DNA from: Candidatus Woesearchaeota archaeon
Lineage (GTDB): Archaea > Nanobdellota > Nanobdellia > Woesearchaeales > UBA10216
DNA length: 64,000 bases
Reading direction: 5' to 3'
NCBI GenBank assembly: GCA_016180085.1
Contig: JACPBX010000003.1
Location: forward strand, 32,001-96,000
Positions 49,155 through 58,772 of this stretch are shown one piece after another (position 1 is the first letter of the stretch; each line of letters starts with the position of its first letter). The position numbers and the translations under genes were made by a program. The notes beneath the pieces are model-generated. The model did no database searches, was not told where the DNA came from, and saw nothing but the letters and a program-made list of their open reading frames with translations.

Positions 49155-49919
49155 TTATTTCCACACCTTCCACGGCGCCCCTTTTTCCCACAGCTCGTTG
49201 AAGCTCTGGTAATCCTTGAACGTGTCCATGCACTGCCAGAAGCCGTCAAACTGGTAAGCCGCTATTTCTTTTTTTGCAGCCAGTGTTTCAAACGGCTTCT
49301 GCTCGAGGATGTCATTCTCTCCAAGGCAGCTGAAAATCTCTTTCTTGAAAACAAAAAAACCGCCGTTTATCCAGTAGTCGAGCTTCGGCTTCTCCTTGAA
49401 GCTCGTTACCGAGCTGTCGTCAATTTCGACTATGCCGAACTGGGAGTATGGCCTAAGGCAGGTTATCGTGGCTATTTTTCCTTTCTTCTTATGGAATTCC
49501 AGAAGCTCCGGTATGTTTATGTCCGCCAAGCCATCGCCGTATGTTGCGAAGAAGTCCTCGCCTGCAGGTATGTATTTTTCTATTTTCTTAAGCCTGCCGC
49601 CTGTGTTTGTTTCAGTTCCCGTATCTGCGAATGTGATGTTCCAGTCCTCTTCGTCGCTTGCGTGGGTTACCCTTTTCTTCTCTTTCAGGTTCATTGTAAA
49701 GTCTGCTGCCTTCCACTCTTCTTCGATGAAGTATTTTTTTATCATGTCGCCCTTATAGCCGAGGCAGAGGATAAAGTCCTTATAGCCGTAATGAGCATAA
49801 GTCTTCATTATGTGCCACAGTATCGGCTTGTCACCGATTGGAGCCAGCGGCTTTGGTATCTCTTCAGGGTATTCCCTGAACCTTGTCCCCTTCCCTCCGC
49901 ACAATATGACGACTTTCAT
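49155..49919 (-). CDS. rfbF: Glucose-1-phosphate cytidylyltransferase
   Basis: ILCGGKGTR, PKPLAPIGDKPILWHIMK, CLGYKG, DTGTETNTGGRL, TYGDGLADI, INGGFFV, GFWQCMDT. Confidence 0.95.
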   Translation of the reverse strand: MKVVILCGGKGTRFREYPEEIPKPLAPIGDKPILWHIMKTYAHYGYKDFILCLGYKGDMIKKYFIEEEWKAADFTMNLKEKKRVTHASDEEDWNITFADTGTETNTGGRLKKIEKYIPAGEDFFATYGDGLADINIPELLEFHKKKGKIATITCLRPYSQFGIVEIDDSSVTSFKEKPKLDYWINGGFFVFKKEIFSCLGENDILEQKPFETLAAKKEIAAYQFDGFWQCMDTFKDYQSFNELWEKGAPWKVWK

Positions 49920-49931
49920 CTTTTTGATTTT

Positions 49932-50822
49932 TTATTTCTTAATCATGTCCGCTATGAAGCCGAACGTTACAATCTGGACTCCCACGCTCATGAGCAGCAC
50001 GCTCAGTATCAAGCTCGGTATGTGGCCAACGATGCCTGTTGTGAAGTAGAAGTAGAGCAGCCTCAGCCCCAGGGCAAAGCCAGCAGCAAAGACCAGCCCT
50101 CCAATCATGCCAAAAAACCTTATTGGTTCATAATCGCGGTAGATGCGCAGGATGTTTATCCACGCCCTTGCAGCGTATTCGAACGGGTTTCGTATGAGCC
50201 TGCTTTTCCCTTTTCTCTCTGAAAAATAAACGGGCACCTCAGCAATCCTGAATTTGTTCTTTACTGCCTTGATTACCTGCTCCTGCGTGTAGGTGTGGTT
50301 TGAGATTATGTCTATCTTTTCGGCAACTTCCCTGGTGAATGCCCTGAACCCTGTCTGGGCGTCTGATATCCTTGCCTTGGCTATCTGGGAAACCACTTTT
50401 GAGAACGCCTTGTTCCCGAGCTTTTTTATGAGCGGCATCTTTTCTATTGTGCCCTTGAACCTTGAGCCAAGCACGAAGTCGTTCCCTTCCTCGATTTTCT
50501 TCAGAAGCAATGGTATTTCCTCTGCCTTGTACTGGCCGTCAGCGTCAATGTGCACAATGGCTTCTGCCTCGGGCTTTAGCTTCAGGAACTGCTGTATCTC
50601 TGTCCTGAATGTTTCAGCAAGGCCGTAGTTTTTCGGGTGGGAGTAAACAACAGCGCCCTCGCCTTTTGCAGCCTCGGCTGTTTTGTCTGTTGAGCCATCG
50701 TCCACAACCAGCACCCTGTAGACGTAGCTGCGGTGCTTTCCTAGGACTTCCTTTATGTTCCTTATTACATGGGCTATTGTTGCCTCTTCATTGTATGCTG
50801 GTATGCTGACAACTACGTTCAT
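49932..50822 (-). CDS. Glycosyltransferase family 2 (DPM1-like, C-terminal TMs)
   Basis: IPAYNEE, VVDDGSTD, IDADGQY, SDAQTGFRA; two C-terminal TM helices. Confidence 0.93.
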   Translation of the reverse strand: MNVVVSIPAYNEEATIAHVIRNIKEVLGKHRSYVYRVLVVDDGSTDKTAEAAKGEGAVVYSHPKNYGLAETFRTEIQQFLKLKPEAEAIVHIDADGQYKAEEIPLLLKKIEEGNDFVLGSRFKGTIEKMPLIKKLGNKAFSKVVSQIAKARISDAQTGFRAFTREVAEKIDIISNHTYTQEQVIKAVKNKFRIAEVPVYFSERKGKSRLIRNPFEYAARAWINILRIYRDYEPIRFFGMIGGLVFAAGFALGLRLLYFYFTTGIVGHIPSLILSVLLMSVGVQIVTFGFIADMIKK

Positions 50823-50939
50823 TTGTTTTTTCCCCCTGCTTCCCCCTCGGTTTCCACTCCCGGCGGTCTTGATTTTGGCTTTAAATATGTTTCCATCCCT
50901 CAAAACTTTTTTATATGGGCTTTTTCCGTGTCTGCAATC

Positions 50940-51644
50940 ATGGTTTCGGTTTCGGTCATTGTCCCGCTTTATAACGAGGAGCGCCGTTCTACGGGCTTCC
51001 TTGCAAGCCTGCTGGCGTTTTGCAGGAAAGGGCTGAAGGATTATGAGATCATTCTTGTCAATGATGGCTCAGTGGACAATACGCTGGCTATTTTGAGCAA
51101 CTTGGCGAAGCTGGATAAGCGTGTCAGGGTCGTGAGCTATGTCCAGAACAGGGGCAAGGGCCATGCCGTGAGGGAGGGCGTTTTTGCCTCCAAAGGAGAA
51201 AAGGTTCTTTTCATTGATGCTGACGGCTCCATTGTGCCTGATGAAATCCCTGCGATGCTGAAGAACCTTGACGATTATGATGTTGTTGTCGGCACCAGGG
51301 CAAGCGCGCAGTCCAATGTTACCCAGCCTTTTCTGAGGAAGTTTATTGGCACCAGCTTCAACCGCTACGTCAACCTGCTTTACAGGATTAATGTCAGGGA
51401 CACACTGTGCGGCTTTAAGGGCTTCAGGAGGAATGCTGCTATGGCGTTGTTCAGGAACCTGATTTCTGAGCGCTGGGTGTTTGATGTTGAGCTTTTTTTC
51501 AGGATAAGGAAGATGAATCTGCGCCTCTGCCAGCAGCCAATTACCTGGGTGCACAAGGCCGGCAGCAGGTTCAAGGTTTACGACCCTGCCAAGATGGCCC
51601 TGGAGCTTCTCAAACTCAGGATTCAGCTCATGTTTTCTTCCTAG
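50940..51644 (+). CDS. Glycosyltransferase family 2 (dolichyl-phosphate glucosyltransferase-like)
   Basis: VPLYNEE, VNDGSVD, NRGKGHAV, FIDADGS, DTLCGFKGF, WVFDVEL. Confidence 0.93.
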   Translation: MVSVSVIVPLYNEERRSTGFLASLLAFCRKGLKDYEIILVNDGSVDNTLAILSNLAKLDKRVRVVSYVQNRGKGHAVREGVFASKGEKVLFIDADGSIVPDEIPAMLKNLDDYDVVVGTRASAQSNVTQPFLRKFIGTSFNRYVNLLYRINVRDTLCGFKGFRRNAAMALFRNLISERWVFDVELFFRIRKMNLRLCQQPITWVHKAGSRFKVYDPAKMALELLKLRIQLMFSS

Positions 51645-51723
51645 GCCGGCAGAGCATTCCTGACCGCAACCTTTATAAAATTCCGCAAGGTAGCTTTTTT
51701 TATGAATTGCGTGGCTGGTTTTT

Positions 51724-52377
51724 ATGGCTGAGATTGACCTTCTTGACCGCTATCCGAGGACTAAGCGCAATCCTGACGAGAGGGCAGCCTCCCTCACTGA
51801 TGAGGACAGGAGGGTTGCGAAGCAGTTCGGCAGCGAGTATTTTGACGGGCCCAGGAACAGGGGCTATGGCGGCTACAGGTACGATGGGAGGTGGGTTCCT
51901 GTTGTCAAGCGCTTTGCGGAGCACTACAACCTGACCGGCAGCAGCAGGGTGCTTGATGTTGGCTGTGCCAAGGGATTCATGCTTCACGACTTCAGGCAGG
52001 TTATTCCTGGCATCACGGTTGCAGGCATTGACATTTCGCAATACGCCATTGACAATTCCATGGAGGACGTCAGGCCTTTCCTAAAGGTTGGAAATGCAAA
52101 AGACCTCTCAATGTTTGGCGACAAGTCGTTTGACCTTGTCATCTCAATTAACACAATCCACAACCTGAAGCTTGAGGAGTGCAAGAAGGCTTTGAAAGAG
52201 ATTCAGCGTGTTGGAAAGCGTGCCTTCATTACCATGGATGCCTGGCGCACTCCCGAAGAGGAAGTCAGGATGAAGAAGTGGAACATTACAGCAGAGACTT
52301 TCATGCACGTTGACGACTGGAAGAGGCTTTTCAATGAAGTCGGGTATACTGGCGACTACTACTGGTTTATTCCTTAG
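51724..52377 (+). CDS. Class I SAM-dependent methyltransferase
   Basis: EYFDGPRNRGYGGYRYDGRW; VLDVGCAKGF; GIDISQYAI; FDLVISINTIH. Confidence 0.92.
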   Translation: MAEIDLLDRYPRTKRNPDERAASLTDEDRRVAKQFGSEYFDGPRNRGYGGYRYDGRWVPVVKRFAEHYNLTGSSRVLDVGCAKGFMLHDFRQVIPGITVAGIDISQYAIDNSMEDVRPFLKVGNAKDLSMFGDKSFDLVISINTIHNLKLEECKKALKEIQRVGKRAFITMDAWRTPEEEVRMKKWNITAETFMHVDDWKRLFNEVGYTGDYYWFIP

Positions 52378-53430
52378 ATGAGGTTAAGCAAGAAAATGAG
52401 AATCAGGGCAGCAGTTCTTTACGGGCAGCACAAGCCTATGGTGGTAGAGGAGCTTGAAACTCCGGAGCTTGGCAGGGGCCAGGTTCTGGTGAAGGTCCTT
52501 TACAGCGGAATCTGCCAGACCCAGCTTAACGAGCTTAAGGGCGTCAAGGGCCCTGACAGCTTCCTGCCCCACCTGCTTGGCCATGAGGCATCTGGCATCG
52601 TTCAGGACATTGGCGGGGGCGTTACCAAGGTTAAGCCTGGTGATTATGTGGTGCTTTCATGGATGAAAGGGTCAGGGCTTGAAGTTCCTTCTTCGCAATA
52701 CTCGCTTGGCGGGAAAAAGATAAATGCCGGAGCAGTCACGACTTTTCAAACGCATTCTGTTGTTTCAGAAAACCGCATCACAAAAATTCCTGAAAAAGTG
52801 CCTGCCGACGTTGCCGCCCTTCTGGGCTGTGCAGTTCCTACAGGTGCGGGGATGGTCAGGAACACTCTTAAGGCCCAGCCCGGCAGCACTCTTGCGGTCT
52901 TTGGCTTGGGAGGAGTGGGCCTCAGTGCAGTGCTTTATGCCGCTTCGGTTGGCTGCGGAAAGATTATTGGCATTGACATCAGGAAGCAAAAGCTCGGCCT
53001 GGCGATGAAGCTGGGCGCAACCCACGCAATAGACGGCTCCGAAGGCAATGTGCTTGAGAAGATTCGGGAACTCACGCAGGGGCAGGGCGTTGATTTTGCA
53101 ATAGAGTCCTCAGGCGTAAGGGAGGTCATGGAGCTTTCATTTGAGGCCATAAGGAATGGTGGCACTGCGGTCCTTGCAGGCAACATCAGGAAGGGAGAGA
53201 AAGTGGGCATTGACCCTTACGGCCTGATTTTTGGGAAGAAAATACTTGGGACGCATGGAGGAGAAACCCATACTGACGAGGACATCCCGTTCTATGCCGG
53301 GCAGTACCTTGCCGGGAAGCTTAAGCTCGAAAAGCTCATCACCCACGTTTTCACCCTTGACAAGGTCAATGACGCCTTTGCAGAGCTTGGCAAGGGAAAC
53401 GTCGGCAGGGCTTTGCTAAGGCTGCACTGA
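52378..53430 (+). CDS. Zinc-binding (MDR) dehydrogenase
   Basis: SGIC, LLGHEASG, LLGCAVPTG, VFGLGGVG. Confidence 0.93.
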   Translation: MRLSKKMRIRAAVLYGQHKPMVVEELETPELGRGQVLVKVLYSGICQTQLNELKGVKGPDSFLPHLLGHEASGIVQDIGGGVTKVKPGDYVVLSWMKGSGLEVPSSQYSLGGKKINAGAVTTFQTHSVVSENRITKIPEKVPADVAALLGCAVPTGAGMVRNTLKAQPGSTLAVFGLGGVGLSAVLYAASVGCGKIIGIDIRKQKLGLAMKLGATHAIDGSEGNVLEKIRELTQGQGVDFAIESSGVREVMELSFEAIRNGGTAVLAGNIRKGEKVGIDPYGLIFGKKILGTHGGETHTDEDIPFYAGQYLAGKLKLEKLITHVFTLDKVNDAFAELGKGNVGRALLRLH

Positions 53431-54069
53431 GAAGTCGCTGATGCTTATGCCTGTGAAGCTGTCAACGGTTTTGTCTGCGATTGAAATGTTCTGGTCTTTT
53501 GTGTGCTCTGTGAGCAGGGCTATGCACATCATGCCTGCATTTTTTGCTGCCAGGATGCCTGATTCAGAGTCTTCTATGACAGCGCACTCGCCCGGCTTCA
53601 GCCTGAGCCTTCCCGCAGTCTCGAGGTAAATGTCCGGCGCAGGCTTGGTTTTTGCCACGTCTGAGCCCGTGACCACTATTGCGAATGTTTTTTCCAGCTT
53701 TAGGAAGCTCAGGACATTCTGGACCTTTGTTTTTGAGCTGCTTGATGCAAGTGCAATCGCGTAATTGCTTGCCTTGAGTTTTGCCACGAGCTCGTGGAAG
53801 CCGGGATTTGGCTGAAGGTTGAGCTCCGCCATGGCGCTTTTCAGGTGCTCTTCGCGCTTTGCCACGAGTTCTTCAAGATTTGCTGTAATCCCGTGCTGCT
53901 TCAGGATTTCGTCGTAAATCTGCTTTCCGGGCTTGCCCGTGTGCCTCAGGTATTCCTCTTTGCCGATGTTCAGCCCAACGCTGCCCAGCACCTTTGAGTC
54001 GGCAACGAAGTTGAGCTGTGCAGTGTCTACAACCACTCCGTCCATGTCAAAGATTACAGCTTTTATCAT
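53416..54069 (-). CDS. HAD-family phosphatase (beta-PGM-like)
   Basis: IFDMDGVVVD, LASSS, KPAPDIY, VIEDSESG. Confidence 0.93.
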   Translation of the reverse strand: MIKAVIFDMDGVVVDTAQLNFVADSKVLGSVGLNIGKEEYLRHTGKPGKQIYDEILKQHGITANLEELVAKREEHLKSAMAELNLQPNPGFHELVAKLKASNYAIALASSSSKTKVQNVLSFLKLEKTFAIVVTGSDVAKTKPAPDIYLETAGRLRLKPGECAVIEDSESGILAAKNAGMMCIALLTEHTKDQNISIADKTVDSFTGISISDFSVQP

Positions 54070-54172
54070 GTTAATCCCCTCTTTCCTTTCCTCTCAGGTT
54101 TCTGCGGCAATAAAGGGCAATATATAGAGGACTTTGAATAACCGCTCATATTTAATTTTTGTTTAAAGTCCT

Positions 54173-54259
54173 CTCAGCGTATCGCTGAGGGATGTCAGCT
54201 CTAAGCTGACATTCTCTTAGACAACTTTGCTATACGACGGGGTTAATCAAAGTTGTCTA
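54173..54259. repeat. Three tandem hairpins in a divergent intergenic region
   Basis: ctcagcg-tat-cgctgag; atgtcagct-cta-agctgacat; tagacaactttg/caaagttgtcta. Confidence 0.85.
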
Positions 54260-54350
54260 TAAATCTTATTTTGCATGCTTGCAACCTGTTTCACTCCCTA
54301 ACTATCGAAAACTTTAAGTAAGGCTGCTCTGGATGCTTTTGCTATTCACT

Positions 54351-55454
54351 ATGGCAAACATGAAAAAACTCTTTATTCCCGGGCCGGTTCAGGTGGACAG
54401 GCGGGTTCTCGAGGAAATGGCCCGCCCTATGATGCATCACCGTTCTGCTGAATGCGTTGCTCTAATCAGGGAAATAAACGGGCTGCTGTCAGAGCTCCTT
54501 GGGACAAAGGACAGCATATTTCTCCTCACAAGCTCTGCTACCGGCGCCATGGAGGCCTGCATAAGGAGCTGCGTCATAAGCAGGGTGCTGTGCATTGCCA
54601 ACGGCGAGTTCGGAAGGCGATGGCATTCTGTGGCAGTTTCAAACGGTAAGGATGCCAGGCTGCTGGACTTTGGCGATGGCGCGCTGGTTGACTACGGCGC
54701 TGTGGCTGATGAGCTGAGGAAAGGCGATTTTGATGCTGTGACCTTCATAATTAATGAGACGTCAACAGGCATGGAGAACGACTCAAAGGCGCTGAAAGCA
54801 GCTGTCCAGGCTGCTTCAGGGGATGCCGCAAAGGACATTATAATATTGGCAGATGGAGTTTCTGCTGTCTTTGGGACAAAGGTTGACATGGCTGACTATG
54901 ATGCGCTGCTTTTTGCAACGCAGAAATCCCTTGCGCTGCCTCCGGGCATGTCCATAATAATTGCGAACAGCCGGGCAATTGGCCGTGCCAAGCTGGTCAA
55001 GGGCAGGGGCTACTACTTCGACTTCCTTCTCCTCAAGAAGAGGAGCGATGAGAACATGACAACAACAACGCCTGCCCTGCCGATTCTTTATGCCCTGAGG
55101 TACAGGCTGCAGGAGATTGGGAAGCAGGGGATTGGCAGCTACATTAACAGGCATAAAGCCATGGCCGAGCTTGTCCGCAGCAGAATCAGGGGCATGGGCT
55201 TCAGGCTTTTCGTGCCAAGCAGCTACTCAAATACTGTTACTGTCATTTCAAATAACCTTGGCGTTGATACTGAAGGGCTGATAAGGCTTCTTTCTGAAAA
55301 GGGCTATGTCATTGAAAACGGCTACGGCCCATTGAAGAACAAGACTTTCAGGATAAGCCACATGGGCGATATAACCCCTGCTGATACAGGGGAGCTGCTT
55401 GCCGAGATGGAGAAAATCGTGAAATCGCAGCTGTCAGCCAGCAGCTTGCCGTGA
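54351..55454 (+). CDS. Class V PLP aminotransferase (serine-pyruvate/AGT-like)
   Basis: LFIPGPV, HHRS, SSATGAMEA, NETSTG, DGVS, ATQKSLALPPG, FRISHMG. Confidence 0.92.
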   Translation: MANMKKLFIPGPVQVDRRVLEEMARPMMHHRSAECVALIREINGLLSELLGTKDSIFLLTSSATGAMEACIRSCVISRVLCIANGEFGRRWHSVAVSNGKDARLLDFGDGALVDYGAVADELRKGDFDAVTFIINETSTGMENDSKALKAAVQAASGDAAKDIIILADGVSAVFGTKVDMADYDALLFATQKSLALPPGMSIIIANSRAIGRAKLVKGRGYYFDFLLLKKRSDENMTTTTPALPILYALRYRLQEIGKQGIGSYINRHKAMAELVRSRIRGMGFRLFVPSSYSNTVTVISNNLGVDTEGLIRLLSEKGYVIENGYGPLKNKTFRISHMGDITPADTGELLAEMEKIVKSQLSASSLP

Positions 55455-56542
55455 ACGGGAATGATGGAAAAGTGGGAAAGGCCAGGGTTTTTGCACCGGC
55501 AACAACAGCCAATGTCGGCCCGGGCTTTGACATCTTTGGCGTTGCACTTGATGGCGTAGGCGATATTGTCGAAGCTGACTTGTCTGATTCTTTCAGTGGT
55601 GTAAGGCTGGCGGAGGTTGCTGTCGGTTCAGACAGCGAAAGCTTAAAGGACCTTCCAATGGATGAGGCAAATCTCGTTTTTCCCGTTGCAAAGGCAGTGT
55701 ATGATGCGGCTTGCAAAGCTGGCCGCAAAGACACCGGCGTTGAGGTAAGGCTGATTAAGAGGATGGGAATAGGCACAGGGCTCGGCAGCAGCGGCTCAAG
55801 CTCTGTTGCTGCTGCCGTTGCAGTTAATGAGGCTTTGGGCGGGGTTTTTGCCCGTGACAGCCCCGAGATGCTTGCTGCTGTCCTGGAAGGCGAATTTGTT
55901 GCCTGCGGCTCCAGGCACGCTGATAATGTTTTCCCTGGCCTTCTTGGCGGCTTTGTCTTCATCGAGGACCCAGCCTCATTCAGGTTCAGGAAGTTTGACG
56001 TTGGCAGAGACGTGTTTTTTGTAGTTGTTACGCCTGAAATTGTCGTCAGCACAAAGGAAGCAAGGGATGCATTAAGGGCTTCGCCATACAACATCGGTGA
56101 GCTTGTAAGCCTTTCCAGCTCAGTGGTTAGGCAATACCTTGACTCGGGCAGCCGCAGCTCAGGCAGTATTCCTGCTTCAGTTGTTGGCACTGGCTCGGCT
56201 GATGTTGTTTCAGCTTACCTGGAGGGAACGGTTGAGGTTCTAACAGGCCTGATTGGCAATGATGCTGAGCTGCTTGGCAGGGGCACGCTGAAAGATGGCA
56301 TTGTTACCCCAATAAGGGCAGGGCTTATTCCGGGCTATTACGATGTCAAGAAGGCCGCCCTTGAGGCTGGCGCAAAGGGGTTTTCAATTTCTGGCTCAGG
56401 CCCTTCTGTTTTTGCAGTGGCTTATGAGGAAGATGCTGAGGCTGTAAAGAAAGCCATGATTGGCAGGTTTGAGGGCCTGGGCAAAAGGGCGAGCGGCATC
56501 ATCTCAGCCGTAAACAACAAAGGCGCCTGCCCGGTTGAGTGA
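55451..56542 (+). CDS. thrB: Homoserine kinase-like GHMP kinase
   Basis: APATTANVGPGFD, GLGSSGSS, HADNVFP, SISGSGPSVFA; internal insertion of roughly 30-40 aa. Confidence 0.8.
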   Translation: MNGNDGKVGKARVFAPATTANVGPGFDIFGVALDGVGDIVEADLSDSFSGVRLAEVAVGSDSESLKDLPMDEANLVFPVAKAVYDAACKAGRKDTGVEVRLIKRMGIGTGLGSSGSSSVAAAVAVNEALGGVFARDSPEMLAAVLEGEFVACGSRHADNVFPGLLGGFVFIEDPASFRFRKFDVGRDVFFVVVTPEIVVSTKEARDALRASPYNIGELVSLSSSVVRQYLDSGSRSSGSIPASVVGTGSADVVSAYLEGTVEVLTGLIGNDAELLGRGTLKDGIVTPIRAGLIPGYYDVKKAALEAGAKGFSISGSGPSVFAVAYEEDAEAVKKAMIGRFEGLGKRASGIISAVNNKGACPVE

Positions 56543-56590
56543 TTTTATTTTGGAGAAATTATTTAAAGGAGCGTTTCAGGCAGCCTTTCC

Positions 56591-57838
56591 TTGTTGGAAG
56601 TGGAATGCATGATTGATGTTGGCAGGTTCAGGAACATACAATATGGGAAAAGGACAAGGTGCATGGCTTGCGGGGCAGCTGTTGGCAAGCCGCTGATAAG
56701 CCTGCCTGATTTTCCTTTGAGCGAGATTTACACGGACCGCCCTGTTAAGGAGAAAGCAGGATTTGTTGACCAGGAGTTCTGCCTTTGCAAAAGCTGCGGC
56801 CATGGCCAGCTGCTTAACATAATCCCGCCGGAGCTCCTTTACTTTGGCAGCAGCTACTTTTTCAGGACTTCGCAGAGCAGGACTGCTGTGCCAGCTGTTG
56901 ACTTCTTTCTCGACTTTGTCGAGGGCGTTCTTAAAAGCAGGGCTTACGATACCATTGCTGACATTGGCTGCAACGACTTGTACATGCTGAAGAAGCTTGA
57001 CGCTAAGGCAAAAAGGCTTTTGGGGATTGACCCTGTCCTCGCAGGAAGGGAGAAGGAGCTTTCTGAGGGGAAGACCGTTGTCATTGGGGACTTGTTTGAG
57101 AATGCTGTTGCCAATCACAACGTATCTTTCGATAAGGACCTTGTGCTTAGCAGCCACACCCTGGAGCACGTGAAGGACCCTAAGTGGCTTGTCAAGACTG
57201 TGCTTGACAGTTCAACAGATAACACGCTGTTCGGTTTCCAGTTCCCGGGTTTCGAGAGCCTGGTGAGGGATGCAAGGTTTGATCAGGTGTTCCACCAGCA
57301 CTATAACTATTTCACTTTGAAGTCAGTCGTCCGCATGCTTACGGACCTGGGCGCAGAGCTTGTTGCTTACAAGGTGAACCCTTACCACTGGGGTGCGCTG
57401 ATGATAGTGTTCAGGAAAAACCCCTCAGGCTCAACAGCCTGGCACAAGAGGTTTGAGCATGATGCTGTGCAGCTCACTGATGAGGCAGTCCTCTCGCAGT
57501 ACCGGGTTTTTCAGGATGCCATGAAGCTGGCAGGTGAGCGCCTTTCAGCGTGGAAGGGCAGCACGGTTTACGGCTACGGCGCAGCAAACATGCTTCCCGT
57601 CCTGAGCTACCACATGAAGAACGACCTTTCCTGCCTTCAGGCTGTATTGGATGATGATGAGCGCAAGCAGGGCATGCACTACATCAACCTTCCTGTTGCC
57701 ATAAAGTCCCCTTCTGTTGTTAAGGACTTCAAGGATGTTGTGCTGTTCCTTACAGCCATTGACAATTCCAGGATACTTGTGCCAAAGCTTATCTCGCTCG
57801 CACCAAAGAAAATTATCCTTCCCCTTAACATTGTGTAG
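56591..57838 (+). CDS. NDP-sugar C-methyltransferase-like protein (Zn-ribbon + SAM + C-terminal domain)
   Basis: RCMACG...FCLCKSCGHGQL; DIGCNDL; FDQVFHQHYNYF; YGYGAA; LDDDERKQG. Confidence 0.85.
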   Translation: MLEVECMIDVGRFRNIQYGKRTRCMACGAAVGKPLISLPDFPLSEIYTDRPVKEKAGFVDQEFCLCKSCGHGQLLNIIPPELLYFGSSYFFRTSQSRTAVPAVDFFLDFVEGVLKSRAYDTIADIGCNDLYMLKKLDAKAKRLLGIDPVLAGREKELSEGKTVVIGDLFENAVANHNVSFDKDLVLSSHTLEHVKDPKWLVKTVLDSSTDNTLFGFQFPGFESLVRDARFDQVFHQHYNYFTLKSVVRMLTDLGAELVAYKVNPYHWGALMIVFRKNPSGSTAWHKRFEHDAVQLTDEAVLSQYRVFQDAMKLAGERLSAWKGSTVYGYGAANMLPVLSYHMKNDLSCLQAVLDDDERKQGMHYINLPVAIKSPSVVKDFKDVVLFLTAIDNSRILVPKLISLAPKKIILPLNIV

Positions 57839-57976
57839 CCATTATGCAGCGCTATGTGATTCTCCTCCATAAAATTTCGGGCTATGACGGTAAGAGGGGG
57901 TAAAATTTATATACTCTCACGGATTCGGGACAGCTTCCGGAAAACAGCTGCGTGTTTGCAGCAGTCTTGAAGGGGG

Positions 57977-58771
57977 TTGTTTTTTATGGATTTTGGTCTG
58001 ACTGGCAAGAAAGCCTTGGTTACTGCAGCGAGCCGCGGCATTGGCGCGTCCATTGCAATAAACCTGGCAAAGGAAGGCGCGCTGGTTGCTATTACAGCGA
58101 GGAGCGAGCCTGACCTTAAGGAAGTCATTGCAAAGATGGGCGGCGAAGGTAAAGGCCATTACATGGTTGTTGCTGACCTGACTGCCGAGGACGGCCCGAA
58201 GAAAGTTTTTGACAAGGTTCTGAAGGATTTTGGCTCCCCTGACATTCTTGTCAACAACCTTGGCGATACGCTTGAGCTCCGAGACCCTTTTATCCCAATC
58301 AGTGACTGGAGAAAAATCATAAGGCTCAACCTTGAGGTCGCCATTGAGCTGAACAATCTTGTTATTCCGCATATGGAGCAGAGGAAATGGGGCAGGATAG
58401 TTAATGTTTTGTCAACAGCATCTTACGAGAACAACGGGCCTGTCCCTTACTGCACTGCCAAGGCTGCCTTCTCGGCTTATACGAGAAGCATGGCCAGGGT
58501 TTTGGCAAAGACAGGCATTGTTATGTCCGGCATTGTGCCTGGCGCTATTTTCACAGAGGGCGGTGCCTGGGACATTGCCATGAAGACAAGGCCTGAGCAC
58601 ATCCGCAAATACCTGGAGGAAAGGCTCCCCCTGGGCAGGTTTGGCGAGCCTGATGACATAGGTACCATGGCTGTTGTGCTGTGCTCAGAGCAGGCAAAGT
58701 TCTGCCAGGGCTCCATTTTCCCTGTTGATGGCGGCCAGAGCAGGCACTATTTTCGGGCTGCCACTGATTAA
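57977..58771 (+). CDS. Classical short-chain dehydrogenase/reductase
   Basis: TAASRGIG, DILVNN, PYCTAKAA, VPG, PLGRFGEPDD, VDGG. Confidence 0.93.
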   Translation: MFFMDFGLTGKKALVTAASRGIGASIAINLAKEGALVAITARSEPDLKEVIAKMGGEGKGHYMVVADLTAEDGPKKVFDKVLKDFGSPDILVNNLGDTLELRDPFIPISDWRKIIRLNLEVAIELNNLVIPHMEQRKWGRIVNVLSTASYENNGPVPYCTAKAAFSAYTRSMARVLAKTGIVMSGIVPGAIFTEGGAWDIAMKTRPEHIRKYLEERLPLGRFGEPDDIGTMAVVLCSEQAKFCQGSIFPVDGGQSRHYFRAATD

Positions 58772-58772
58772 A

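Noticed and set aside
48954-50222. 422-aa plus-strand ORF, and similar long antisense ORFs (45437-46291, 55348-56190, 29757-30473, 4622-5314)
   Set aside because: They are shadows of well-supported genes on the opposite strand and show no motifs.
57840-57976. Possible riboswitch or structured leader upstream of the SDR gene
   Set aside because: Only short, weak stems follow a TATA box, and there is no recognisable aptamer consensus.
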